NCBI RefSeq assembly: GCF_963921235.1
Contig: NC_086118.1
Span: 19,966,001-20,030,000 of the forward strand
Source of the DNA: Mobula hypostoma
Taxonomy: Eukaryota
Reading direction: 5' to 3'
DNA length: 64,000 bases
The notes under the pieces were generated by a model that saw only the letters and a program-made list of their open reading frames with translations, was not told the DNA's origin and did no database searches. Made by a program: the position numbers and the translations under genes. Below, one piece after another: positions 1 through 12,639 of this stretch. How positions within the stretch are numbered: position 1 is the first letter of the stretch; each line of letters starts with the position of its first letter.

Positions 1-2050
1 AATGGCAAACATTTAAAGGTTGCATGGATGAACTACAACAATTGTTCATCCCAGTTTGGCAAAAGAATAAATCAAGGAAGGTAGTGCACCCGTGGCTGAC
101 AAGGGAAATTAGGGATAGTATCAATTCCAAAGAAGAAGCATACAAATTAGCCAGAGAAAGTGGCTCACCTGAGGACTGGGAGAAATTCAGAGTTCAGCAG
201 AGGAGGACAAAGGGCTTAATTAGGAAGGGGAAAAAAGATTATGAGAGAAAACTGGAATGGAACATAAAAACTGACTGTAAAAGCTTTTATAGATAAGTAA
301 AAAGGAAAAGACTGGTAAAGACAAATGTAGGTCCCCTACAGACAGAAACAGGTGAATTGATTATGGGGAGCAAGGACATGGCAGACCAATTGAATAATTA
401 CTTTGGTTCTGTCTTCACTAAGGAGGACATAAATAATCTTCCAGAAATAGTAGGGGACAGAGGGTCCAGTGAGATGGAGGAACTGAGCGAAATACATGTT
501 AGTGGGGAAGTGGTGTTAGGTAAATTGAAGGGATGGAAGGCAGATAAATCCCCAGGGCCATTCTGGACTAGTTCCTGAGGATTGGAGGGTGGCTAATGTA
601 ACCCCACTTTTTAAAAAAGGAGGGAGAGAGAAATCGGGGAATTATAGACCGGTTAGCCTAATGTCGGTGGTGGAGAAACTGCTGGAGTCAGTTATCAAAG
701 ATGTGATAACAGCACATTTGGAAAGCGGTGAAATCATCGGACAAAGTCAGCATGGATTTGTGAAAGGAAAATCATGTCTGACGAATCTCATAGAATTTTT
801 TGAGGATGTAACTAGTAGAGTGGATAGGGGAGAACCAGTGGATGTTGTATATTTGGATTTTCAAAAGGCTTTTGACAAGGTCCCACACAGGAGATTAGTG
901 TGCAAACTTAAAGCACACGGTATTGGGGTTAAGGTATTGATGTGGATGGAGAATTGGTTAGCAGACAGGAGGCAAAGAGTGGGAATAAACGGGACCTTTT
1001 CAGAATGGCAGGCGGTGACTAGTGGGGTACCGCAAGGCTCAGTGCTGGGACCCCAGTTGTTTACAATATATATTAATGACTTGGATGAGGGAATTAAATG
1101 CAGCATCTCCAAGTTTGCGGATGACACGAAGCTGGGTGGCAGTGTTAGCTGTGAGGAGGATGCTAAGAGGATGCAGAGTGACTTGGATAGGTTGGGTGAG
1201 TGGGCAAATTCATGGCAGATGCAATTTAATGTGGATAAATGTGAAGTTATCCACTTTGGTGGCAAAAATAGGAAAACAGATTATTATCTGAATGGTGGCC
1301 GATTAGGAAAAGGGGAGGTGCAATGAGACCTGGGTGTCATTATACACCAGTCATTGAAAGTGGGCATGCAGGTACAGCAGGCGGTGAAAAAGGCGAATGG
1401 TATGCTGGCATTTATAGCGAGAGGATTCGAGTACAGGAGCAGGGAGGTACTACTGCAGTTGTACAAGGCCTTGGTGAGACCACACCTGGAGTATTGTGTG
1501 CAGTTTTGGTCCCCTAATCTGAGGAAAGACATCCTTGCCATAGAGGGAGTACAAAGAAGGTTCACCAGATTGATTCCTGGGATAGCAGGACTTTCATATG
1601 AAGAAAGACTGGATGAACTGGGCTTGTACTTGTTGGAATTTAGAAGATTGAGGGGGGATCTGATTGAAACGTATAAAATCCTAAAGGGATTGGACAGGCT
1701 AGATGCAGGAAGATTGTTTCCGATGTTGGGAAAGTCCAGAACGAGGGGTCACAGTTTGAGGATAAAGGGGAAGCCTTTTAGGACCGAGATTAGGAAAAAC
1801 TTCTTCACACAGAGAGCGGTGAATCTGTGGAATTCTCTGCCACAGGAAACAGTTGAGGCCAGTTCATTGGCTATATTTAAGAGGGAGTTCGATATGGCCC
1901 TTGTGGCTACGGGGGTCAGGGGGTATGGAGGGAAGGCTGGGGCGGGGTTCTGAGTTGGATGATCAGCCATGATCATAATAAATGGCGGTGCAGGCTTGAA
2001 GGGCCGAATGGCCTACTCCTGCACCTATTTTCTATGTTTCTATGTTTCTA
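1..2050 (+). mobile_element. CR1 LINE (family A), 3' part of ORF2 (RT) plus 3' UTR; runs off the window start
   Basis: ORFs 589-1326 and 1354-1953 carry CR1 RT motifs (NYRPVSL, QHGFVKGKSCLTNL, YLDFQKAFDKVPH, GVPQGSVLGP, KFADDTKL). Tail (TTTCTATG)n ends near 2050. Stops and an 83-bp deletion near 560 relative to the copy at 26780-28870. Confidence 0.96.
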
Positions 2051-2059
2051 ACATTAGAA

Positions 2060-2350
2060 CACTGTGTGTTGGAGACTCACATTCAAACTTGTGCAAAACC
2101 TAAGATGATTTTGCAGAGGAGTAGTGTAACATTATTGAAGGAGCTATCCTTTGGATGATGTTTGCTATCAATGACCTCTACTGAAAATCCTCCAAATACC
2201 CTGTACAATTATTAATCCCTGCAAGAAATGGGATAAAAACACATTTACTATTGGTTATTTGATCCGAAGGCTCAAATTGCTGTGCTTTCGTGGCAATCCA
2301 TTATTTGAAGTGTTCCAAAACATTTCCATCTCATGAGGTGCAATAAATTT
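2060..2350 (+). mobile_element. Highly decayed Deu-SINE (SacSINE-like) remnant
   Basis: Loose resemblance to the Deu-domain and 3' end as I recall them; not alignable precisely by eye. Confidence 0.25.
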
Positions 2351-5112
2351 CAAATTGTATTGATAAAACCAGGGACAGAATTATACATTTCTCATTTAGA
2401 ACATTGCCTTACAAGCAAGCAAAAAGAGGACAACCAACTTGGAAGTAATTTTTACAAAGCAATTTATTATAAAAATAGTTGAAAAGTAGGATTTTTTTAA
2501 TTAGGCAAAGGGAAATATTTTCTCTGTGACCTAAAGCACTACTATTTGCAGTCTCTTGATTTAAGCTTCCATTTTAAGCACTCATTTCCGGTTAAAACTT
2601 CCATTTGCTAAAATACGTGAACAGAAACGTGATTTATAATATTTCTGAACCAACTAATTATAGCAAGTGTTAAATCCATGTCAGTTAATCACCAAACAGT
2701 TAATATCTGTTCCAAAATTATACAGTAAAGATAACACATGGAAAGTTAAGTAGACACCAATATACTGTTTAGATATTTGTTTGTCCTAGTTCTCTCCACT
2801 GGTGACTTCCCAATAAAGAGTAAAGTTTAGTATGGATCCCTCTCGATAACCAGTGACCAACCTTGTGTGAATGTGCCTTAGCCTGGATTTGAATTCATCT
2901 CGAATGAGGAAGGAATCACAGGTATAGTAACTATCGCACAATTGTACCCGATTCACTTTGATTTGGAAAATCTGAAGTAGGATATATAAAAAGAAAAAGA
3001 AATCGGGCTTTTAAGGATGATGAAGGAGAAATTCATTAAGAGTGAAGGTCACTTAAATGTGATTAACTGAGCTATGTGATGTTTGTTTCAGGATTCATAG
3101 CCTAGGAACTAATTGAGGACATAAACATTCCTATTTCTTCCTTCTTATTACCAGTGAAATATTACTCCTAAATAAGTGTATCTTGGGAATTCTACAGCTT
3201 CTGCATCTTCATATTTCAATTGCTCATGAAGTGCCCCTGCCTGAAGGTAACTAGAGAAGGCAAGGGGACTAAGGATGAACTTTGTCTCAATTATAACTGG
3301 ATGTTATTAACTGAAATGGAAAAGGCAATAATGTAATGCAGTTGAAATATATCTGGACAAAATGAGGCAATAGGTTATTGCATAGACTTTTGTGAACAAT
3401 TATATAACATTTTCAGGAACAGAGCCAGATCTTTGTAATTTCATTGCAAATGACGGAAAGATGCCCGAGCTATTTTCTCAAAATGTATTTACTCGCAAAC
3501 GAGAAAAATGAAAAGTATATGGGACAACTGATTATAAAACATTAATTTTGGACTGGATCAAATGACTTTCACCTTTCATTGCAGTGCATCATTTTTACAT
3601 TATTTCAGACACCACACCAGGAAGATGGAGGGTAAAGCTATCAACTGAACTATGTCTCATCTTTCAGTTACAGCAAAGGAAAGGTACAATGAGAAGCTTT
3701 TGAGGCACAGTGGGGAATGCCACTTAGTGCCTCAAAATGCCCTTCTAGATTTTGCAGTACTCTGGGTTGCCCTGTAGTTACTCACCTGTTAGGGTCTGGA
3801 TTTTGTTATGGTATGTGAATAGACTATCCAGAGGTCAGCTTTTGATTGAAAGGAGGAGGATGTGAAGGACAGAACATAATAATACATGGCAGGTGGTGAA
3901 TTCTGGAAGACAACCGCAAAAGGCAACCTTCTCTGGATCAAGACCAATCTAATTGGGTGTAGATTTTCATGACGGCCCCACTCCTCAAGCTTCATGTCCA
4001 CTATTGATGTTGATGAGGAAACAAAGGCCTACACCAACAGGACCGGCCGTTTTGAGTAAGCATGGCAAAAAAAATAAAGGTTCAGTGGTGTTCTTCACCA
4101 CTGTGGGGTGACCTCGCACAACAACACCACTGAAAGCTTCCATCCCTTTCTGTATTGAAAGGTACAATAAGATCACACAAGGTGGACTAGCTTGCCCAAG
4201 GTTGACTAAGTGTGACAGCGTTCTTTACCTTAAGCTGTGAGCTTGAGCCAGCGACACTCAACCTCTGTGCTGCTTCATCATTAATTTCTGTGGATATGAA
4301 AATCCCTCAGCACACATAGACCATTCAATCATGACAATCTTCTACATTCATTAAGGATCCTTACATTGTAACAATGAGTATTTTTGCAGACAATTACAGT
4401 AATTGACATGTCAACAGCTGAGAAATCTATATTAATGATATAAAAGACAATCATCCTGCTGATGAAAAGAATTAATTCTGGTAAAATTCACAGCTAGTTC
4501 TCGAAAGACTGTACACCTGCTTAGCCATATCGCTGATCCAATAAGATCAATTAATTCAATTATCTGATGCACCAATGAGAAGAAAATTTCATGTGAATAA
4601 AAAGCTTCAAAGGATGCTGATGTTGTTTCAAATTCCCAGTGTGATACAATAGCGGTAGCAGGAACCTTCGACAACAGCAGCGTAAACAGTGTTGGCAACT
4701 AGATCTTCTGAAGCCCTCATTCATCTTTGCAGACGTTATTGCAAAATCAGATCATGGACAAAATTCTGAGCATGTTCACCCTCGATGTGAGAAAGACTTG
4801 AAAAGACCAACAGTAAAGAAGACCCATTCCAGTAAAGCATCTCACACAGGAGATGACAGTGCTTTAACATTCTTCTCATGAGTCCTCTGAAATGAACAGT
4901 CTCTCTGAGCAAGGATCACCACCTGTAAAAATTGAGAGGATTGTTTACAAACTATCCAACAACATGCATTAGCTGTTCCAGTTATGGATATGGAACCTAC
5001 AGTGAAAGTGGAATCGTGCCTTGATGTCCGTGTCATGTATCTCAGATTCTAACCTTTAAGTCAATCCTCATTTATGGAGAGGGGAATATATTTGGTGCTT
5101 CTACCAAACATA

Positions 5113-5832
5113 CAACATAGAACATAGAAATTTACAGCCTATTACAGGCCCTTCGGCCCACAATGTTGTGCCAACTATATAACCTACTCTAGAGGTTGCC
5201 TAGAATTTCCCTAGCACATAGCCCTCTATTTTACTCAGCTCCATGTAGCTACAGTATCTAAGAGCCTGTTAAAAGACCCTATTGCATCCGCTTCCAGCAA
5301 TGCCACTGGCAGCCCATTCCACACACCCACTACTCTCTGTATGAAAAACTTACCCCTGACATCCCCTCGGTACCTTTTTCCAAGCACCTTAAATCTATGC
5401 CCACTTGTGCTAGCCATATCAGTCCTGGGAAAAAGCCTCTGACTATCCACATGATTAATGCCCCTCATCATCTTATACACCTCTATCAGGTCACTCCAAG
5501 GAGGAAAAGCAAAGTACACTCAAACTATTTTCATAAGGTATGCCCTCCAATCCAGGCAAACCTCCTCTGCACTCTTTCTATTGTATCTACATCCTTCCTG
5601 TAGTGAGGTGACCAGAAGTGAACACAATATTCCACCTGGGGTTTTATATAGTTGTAACATTACTTCACGGCTCTGGAACTCAATCCCACGGTTGATGAAT
5701 GCCAATACAACATACGCCTTCTTAACAACACTGTCAACCTGTGCAGCAGCTTTGAGTGTCCTGTCGACACGGACCCCAAGATCTTTCAGACCCTCCACAC
5801 TGCCAAGAGTCTTACCATTTATATTATATATG
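5113..5832 (-). mobile_element. CR1 LINE (family B), 5'-truncated 3' fragment
   Basis: Minus ORFs 5235-5519 and 5520-5900 (DLGVRVDRTLKAAAQV, DLIEVYKMMRG) match the 3' end of the element at 21192-25917; reversed tail ACATAGAACATAGAAA. Confidence 0.9.
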
Positions 5833-6429
5833 TAGATGAAAATGTACAGCAAATAGTATGAAGTGCAGATGTGCAGCTCTGTGAGATTGACATTGAACAC
5901 TCAAGATACATCCAACACACAACTCCAGATCTTAATTACTGAAACTCATAATATTAATATTTTCATCCACAGATTCAAGAGAAATGAATGAAGATATTGC
6001 AGTATATCTTGATCCATCTCTCATAAGTCCCAATCGTTCCTCGCGCTTCCATCTACATTCTTGATGCATATGTGCTTGGAATAAGGATTTGTAATTCACT
6101 CAGTTAATCAAAGTGTAACTTGCTAAAATCTCAATAATAATAAATACGTATGCACCCTAATGTTCACGTATTTTGAGTGCCTCTCAGATAAATTTAATAG
6201 ATGTGCTGCGTAAGAATTCGAGGAACAGCTTGATTTCGCTGTGTATATTTACATGTATTAAGAACTTGCCGTAGTGTGTTGATGTGACATGCAACAAAAT
6301 GCAACAATGTTCAACAATTAGAAAGAAGAATGAACTATAAAAAAAAATGTTAGTTGCAGTACAGAAATGGAATAAAGTGTGCATAAATATGCAAATACTG
6401 TGTGCATTTACAAAGTGTGGCTCAGTACG

Positions 6430-7260
6430 TCCTACTATAGCTGCTGATGAGCTGATGGAAGGTCGCTCTCTGTCCATTGGAAATCAGTGGATGGCCATGA
6501 TGGATAGCCACCAATGAGTGTTGCTGGCAGCCAACTGCTACATGTTGGCAGAGCAGCTGAACGTGAAGTCCTGGTAGGGGCACCCATTGGTGGGTGGAAG
6601 AAGTTTGCTGCCCTGACGCAAGTAAGATTTTCATAGTCCATCATGTGAGTGAAACTCTCCCAGGGGGTGAGCACGAGGTAGGTTCATATATGCCACGGCT
6701 GATTTTGTTCAACAGATGTCATAACAATACCCATAACTAACACCCAGAGCACAGCAGAGACAACAATGTGTTCCTGTTGTCAGTTCCCTCTGGGCCAGAA
6801 GGGAAATCTGATTTCAGCTGAATGCAATCTTTACCGAAGTTGCATCTTTCCGAAGGCGAGCAATGTACAGTGCTTGCTTGTCTAATGGCAGTATGTTCCC
6901 AGGTGCCACCGTTCCGATTTTCCACAACAGCAATTACCTCCCACGTTGTAAACAGACTTCTGATTGGAAACATCTGAGACTTCACTGAGACAGAAAATCC
7001 GAGGCTGAAGCTTGTCTGAAAAGCCAACTCCTATCAGTCATTGTAACAGAGGGGTGCCGAACCCAACAGGCATATAAGTGTGTTCCACTTCCATTGTGAA
7101 AATGATGTACTGCAGACTCTGCAGCAGCTCTTACATAGGCTAGCAGATGGATTTTTCTATGTTTTTTGGCAGCTTCTGCAACCAGTCAGATAGGCTAATC
7201 GATAAGCCAGCTCATGCCCCAGGTCAGCCTCCCCTTGCATACTCTCATATCAAAACCTTC
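6430..7260 (-). mobile_element. Old RTE-like LINE remnant (tentative)
   Basis: Minus ORF 6737-7027 contains FSLGFSVSVKSQM, resembling the RTE FGL-x-IS-x-KK-T motif; heavily decayed. Confidence 0.3.
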
Positions 7261-7472
7261 AGTAAGTCTTCCAAAGTACTTCTCTGTCTGAAGAGCTAGA
7301 ACACGAACTAGCTCTTGCCATTTCCTGACAATGACTCAGTTAAGTCAAGATTTTCTCTACATGAAAAGTGCTCCTCTAATGTAATATCTTCAGCCCTCAA
7401 GCTAATATGATAATATCTTTCAAAGTTGCTGGTGAACGCAGCAGGCCAAGCAGCATCTGTAGGAAGAGGTGC

Positions 7473-7508
7473 AGTCGACGTTTCAGGCCGAGACCCTTCG
7501 TCAGGACT
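7473..7508 (-). ncRNA. Minimal hammerhead ribozyme, inverted copy
   Basis: Exact reverse complement of 8459-8494. Confidence 0.83.
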
Positions 7509-7805
7509 AACTGAAGGAAGAGTGAGTAAGGGATTTGAAAGTTGGAGGGGGAGGGGGAGATCCAAAATGATAGGAGAAGACAGGAGGGGGAGGGATAGAG
7601 CCGAGAGCTGGACAGGTGATAGGCAAAAGGGGATACGAGAGGATCATGGGACAGGAGGTCTGGGAAGAAAGGCAAGGAGGGGGGGGTGACCCAGAGGATG
7701 GGCAAGAGGTATATTCAGAGGGACAGAGGGAGAAAAAGGAGAGTGAGAGAAAGAATGTGTGCATAAAAATGAGTAACAGATGGGGTACGAGGGAAAGGTG
7801 GGGCC

Positions 7806-8159
7806 ATTCAGGGCCCCAAACAGTCCTTCCAGGTGAGGCATCACTTCACCTGTGAGTCGACTGGGGTGATATACTGCGTCCGGTGCTCCTGATGTGGCCT
7901 TTTATATATTGGCGAGACCCGACGCAGACTGGGAGACCGCTTTGCTGAACATCTACGCTCTGTCCGCCAGAGAAAGCAGGATCTCCCAGTGGCCACACAT
8001 TTTAATTCCACATCCCATTCCCATTCTGACATGTCTATCCACGGCCTCCTCTACTGTAAAGATGAAGCCACACTCAGGTTGGAGGAACAACACTTTATAT
8101 TCCATCTGGGTAGCCTCCAACCTGATGGCATGAACATCGACTTCTCTAACTTCCGCTAA
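7806..8159 (+). pseudogene. Penelope GIY-YIG endonuclease domain (one in-frame stop)
   Basis: Manual translation IQGPKQSFQVRHHFTCESTGVIYCVRCS*CGLLYIGETRRRLGDRFAEH...LEEQHFIFHLGSLQPDGMNIDFSNFR*, with VIY..C..C..YIGET and the conserved R, H, E and N residues. Confidence 0.92.
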
Positions 8160-8458
8160 GGCCCCACCTCCCCCTCGTACCCCATCTGTTACTCATTTTT
8201 ATGCACACATTCTTTCTCTCACTCTCCTTTTTCTCCCTCTGTCCCTCTGAATATACCTCTTGCCCATCCTCTGGGTCACCCCGCCCCCCCCTTGTCTTTC
8301 TTCCCGGACCTCCTGTCCCATGATCCTCTCGTATCCCCTTTTGCCTATCACCTGTCCAGCTCTCGGCTCCATCCCTCCCCCTCCTGTCTTCTCCTATCAT
8401 TTTGGATCTCCCCCTCCCCCTCCAACTTTCAAATCCCTTACTCACTCTTCCTTCAGTT

Positions 8459-8494
8459 AGTCCTGACGAAGGGTCTCGGCCTGAAACGTCGACT
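8459..8494 (+). ncRNA. Minimal type I hammerhead ribozyme in the Penelope pseudo-LTR
   Basis: Stem I AGTC(8459-62)/GACT(8491-94); core CTGACGA (8463-69); stem II AGG..CCT; GAAA (8483-86); palindromic ACGT in place of stem III; GTC cleavage triplet ending at 8490. Confidence 0.85.
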
Positions 8495-8779
8495 GCACCT
8501 CTTCCTACAGATGCTGCTTGGCCTGCTGCGTTCAGCAGCAACTTTGATGTATGTTGCTTGAATTTCCAGTATCTGCAGAATTCCTGTTGTTTATGATAAT
8601 ATCTTTGGTGGTCTTCTACCAGATCAGGCGCAATAACATACTCTATTCCACCTCTTCAACTACATTCTGTTCTTGTTAGAGGGTGTGGAGAAGGGTATGT
8701 GTTAGTGAATCTCACTGAAGTGACTGCAAGAACATGGACACAAAAAGGAGACAGTGAGTGCACACTGTGTATTTTGAGA

Positions 8780-8946
8780 GTTTCCATATTATGTGCTGAG
8801 AGGGGAGCCTGTGAGATATATAAAATCATAAGGAGCAAGGTGTTTGCTCACAGCAAATGGGGCTATCCCAGATAGGCACTTGGTTGTCATGGACAACTTG
8901 GGCCAAAGGACCTCATTCCATGCTATATTACTCTATGACTCTATGT
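8780..8946 (+). mobile_element. Old CR1 3' end remnant
   Basis: GGGCCAAAGGACC...TACTCTATGACTCTATG, a CR1-type 3' hairpin followed by an octamer tail. Confidence 0.6.
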
Positions 8947-9519
8947 AAGAAGATTCATTGAACACAGAAGTGATGCATAATCAAATATCAGTATTCTTGG
9001 CCAATGGGATTCAGAGCTTCATCAAAAGTGTCAGATGTTATGGCCTTGTTCTACATCAGTTCTCTTTAGGAGGAGGGCTCCAAGTGAGAGAGGGGCCTTA
9101 TACCCCACCCTACCCTTCCTCTCTTAACTTTGCAAAAGTAGTTTGGAAAGAAAAGCTGAAACATGATTTCAAAGTGTTAAAATGACATGGCTGTGCTTCT
9201 ATTCTGTAATTCTCAGTGATCCTCTGTTTACTCTACACTTATGTCTTCTAAAGCCAACCACTTCTATTGGTGTTACAGTAGCTCTGGATTTATACAGGAT
9301 GGGGTTGCTAGGCCCATACCCAACCTTCCTCATTTCACAGCAGGCTTGGGACCATGGATGACGAATTTTCTGCACCTATATTTCATAATAATATACAGGT
9401 GTGCCTGTGTGTTTACATGATATGTCTGTTTGCTTGATGATGTTCAGTACATTTGTTGCTTGACTCTGTACATTGGTTATTTGACTATAGATGTGCATGT
9501 ACTTTTACATGCATGTGCC

Positions 9520-9521
<2 letters not shown>

Positions 9522-9557
<36 letters not shown>
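9522..9557. repeat. (TG)n microsatellite
   Basis: Perfect TG dinucleotide run. Confidence 0.97.
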
Positions 9558-9561
<4 letters not shown>

Positions 9562-10009
9562 TAAAGAAGTCATTGTGCAGTGTGTAAAACAGGATAATTA
9601 ATGCTCCTTACTGTCTAGAGATTTCCCTTTACTACTTATCCCTGAAGAACAACAACAAGGTATTGTGGCTTCATGAGCATTCTCTTTAGTGGCAGAATTT
9701 TGTGATTTTTGCTATTGAATCATGTAATAAACTGCTAGGTTTAATGTCTAATTGTTGGAGTCTGTCTTTTAGGTGCAATTTAAAGCTATTAATACGATAG
9801 TAAATGAGGGTATAAATTTTAAAATCAAAAAACATAAAGATAACATAAAAATGCATTGTTCAAATCATTGTTAATTAAAATTTGATTTCATTCAGTATTA
9901 AAACCTTGCTGGAATCAAACAATTTTACTTCCCTTTTGTATCCTATTTGAATGCATTTGTTGGAGTGAGTGGTGATCCTGGCCAAGTTTGGCCTGGTGCA
10001 GGATTTTAG

Positions 10010-10245
10010 AAGGTGTATGGTCGTATAAGCAGCTGGTGCATATCGCAAGTCCTGGTTATGCAACCACTGACAACAGGCAGGCAATCTCTGAAGAGTTGTG
10101 ATAATGGCTGGGGTCACCAATCTTGTATGGCACTGCCCAGAAGCAATGGCAAACCACTCTTGTAGAAAAGTTTGCCAAGAACAATCACGATTATACAAAG
10201 GGCATGATCACCCACGCCATACAACATGACATATAATGAGGACGA
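10010..10245 (+). mobile_element. SINE-like fragment with RTE/BovB-type 3' tail
   Basis: GCAATGGCAAACCACTC...TTGCCAAGAA motif, typical of RTE-mobilised SINE tails. Confidence 0.5.
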
Positions 10246-10599
10246 TACCCAGTATAAAGTTCAAGGAATCCCAGTAAGATGGGTCCCCTCTTCTAGGTGC
10301 CTCAGAAAGTCCTACAGATGCCCTGTGAATCCAGACTTCTGCATTTACAGCACGTGCACAGGAGTCCAGGACTTCATCAGTTTCCACTGCTGAAAACTAC
10401 CAGCTCTGGTTGCAAAAGTCAACAGAATCTGGCCCACAAGGCAGAAATGGGCAATGCAAAATGACCATTTTACACTGGATTTATGAATAATAAATCATGC
10501 CCAGGTTACATTAATATGGTTAGCTTTACTTCATTGCACTGTTCTGGATTAGCACTCCTGTCCAGAAGCAACTGAATGTGTAGGCCATCGCATTCTGGG

Positions 10600-10690
10600 C
10601 ATGCAGCATTCCTTCAGTGCTGCGTCAATACGTTCTGAATTTCAAGTCTCTGGGGTAGGTGTTAAACAAACAACCTTCTCACTCCACTCT
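10600..10690 (-). mobile_element. Deu-SINE (SacSINE-like) head fragment
   Basis: GCAGCATTCCTTCAGTGCTGC...TCAAGTCTCTGGGGTAGG...CAACCTTCTCACTC resembles the reversed SacSINE tRNA/Deu head. Confidence 0.45.
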
Positions 10691-12639
10691 AAAAGTTATT
10701 TCAATTTTGTCACAGCTCTCCTACAAATAATGAAGTCCCATGGTAATATAGAGCGATTGTGTGTGTTTTTGCTTGGTATCTCTTTATCCTGAGCATTAAT
10801 TTTTATGTAACTGCAATGTAGTCCTTGAACATACTGTGTCCTGAGAGCATCAATCAGAAGTAAGGCCTCTTGGAACCTTTTTTTTTTGCTTATCCATTGA
10901 CACAAAGTGGATGGAATAGATCTGAAGTATTTATCACCATTGTTCATGACATGCTCAGATGATTCCATTAATGTAAACATTATTCAGTTTTTTTCCCATT
11001 ACTTCCTGGCATACAATTGAGTCATCATTAAGATCCAGGCAATTTCACTGCAGCAGAATTAGGACAATCATATTGATATCACATTGGGTCAGAGAAGATC
11101 TTCCTGTCTTAGCAGGCATTCTCAGTGAGTAACAATGCAAAAAAAAAAAATGCAGGTCATGACGTTTTTTTTTCTTGGATTAAACAAATATGTATATTGA
11201 TGAGAAATGTATTTAGCTCAACTTTGATTGGCGATGCTGCTTGCAAAACCGAGCAAGTTGATCCACAGGGAGCTGGTGTACATGTCCTTGCAGGTACCTT
11301 TCTGTTTACCTCCTTAGAGATTGGCATGAGCTGGATGGAGTTTGTTCCCTGTCATATGTGAAGCACCTTCACGTCTTTTCCCATTAAGGTTCTCAAAGGT
11401 GCACAGGTAAGACTGTAAATGTAGTTGTGGGGGGGCTGCGTAGGGAGGAGGGAGGGGGTATGTTGACAAAGGGTTCTGTTGGAACAGATACTACTGTGCC
11501 ACTATACTGAACCAAAGACTTCAAGACTTCACATTTTTATCAGGTGTGCAAACGGCAGTTGCTTCCCATGTGTCTCCTTCAAAACGGCATTAGTTTAATA
11601 TAGCAAATACGGCGTAGTTAACCATCTGCCTTTCTAAAGTCTTCCATCTAATCCCAGCTGTTCAGATAAACCATTGTGTTGAACGTGTGATCATTTATGG
11701 GTATGGTGACAGATTATTTGGTGTATTTAACAGCAAGCTGTTGATTAAGGCAGCAAGGTGAAAACTGAGTGCTGAGTTGGTTTTACAAAATGACCCAGTG
11801 ACATATTTTTAAGATTTACTTTAATTTGGAGGTAATGCTCAGGACTTAATTTGTAAAACACCTGCTTTTACAAAAAATGATTAAATCCCCCACTAAAGTG
11901 GATAATCTATTTGACTGCATTTTTATACAGGCTGAATGATTTCTGTTAATTATCACTTCATATTGTGCGCTTCAATGGAATGTGGCCTACAATGACAATT
12001 TAAACAGAATATGCAGACAAGTATTATAGTGGTGGTATAAGTTTAACTGTAAAGCCATACAGCCACATTTCACAAGGGGAATACTAAAAGCCTGTTGTAA
12101 TTCGGAGGAGGTGTACCACTTTTGATTTTATTGGTTTTCTTCCAAATCTACATACCAGATTATTACTTTGCACATCCTACTTTTTCTTTGCCCCCAGAAA
12201 GCACATCCGAGTAACTTATGGCATAGAGGCAAACACAGCATTACCTCATGTTCTATCCACAGTCTCGGGGGATATGCTTGCTACTTAGCAACCAGCATGA
12301 TCTACAGATTCATTTATGTGTTAGTGATGTTGTTACTTCATTAATCTTCATCTCTGCTGGGAATGTATTTGGAAAATAAAATCCAGTGATGTACAATGTG
12401 AATTAAATATGGGGTGAAGGGGCAATATCATTGGCTGAAATGTATCCCATCTTTTATCTAGGCTCATACACTGAACAACCATGTTTATCTGCTACAGAGT
12501 TTAACTGTTTGTGCGGCAGTCGTTCGCAGAGACAAGATGGCTCTGCGCTGGTATCTAGTGCTCTTCGGCAGAAGTGCTTTAATATCAGCATTCAGGGATG
12601 CAACTGTGCTATATTGAGACTTTCCAGAAAAAGCTAGTA

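Larger units (their letters stand above)
7421..8591 (+). mobile_element. Penelope-like element: inverted 5' pseudo-LTR, GIY-YIG remnant, 3' pseudo-LTR, with 15-bp TSD
   Basis: 7421-7805 is the near-perfect reverse complement of about 8160-8546. TSD TATGATAATATCTTT at 7406-7420 and 8592-8606. GIY-YIG coding sequence lies between the arms. Confidence 0.93.

Noticed and set aside
3595..3690. Short plus-strand exons (TTTCAG...GTAAAG / GTACAA)
   Set aside because: Weak donor sites and no recognisable peptide; not supportable from sequence alone.
7308..8596. Multiple overlapping short ORFs (MDLPLPLQ..., MLVNAAGQ...)
   Set aside because: Chance frames in the purine/pyrimidine-biased Penelope pseudo-LTR, duplicated by the inverted repeat.
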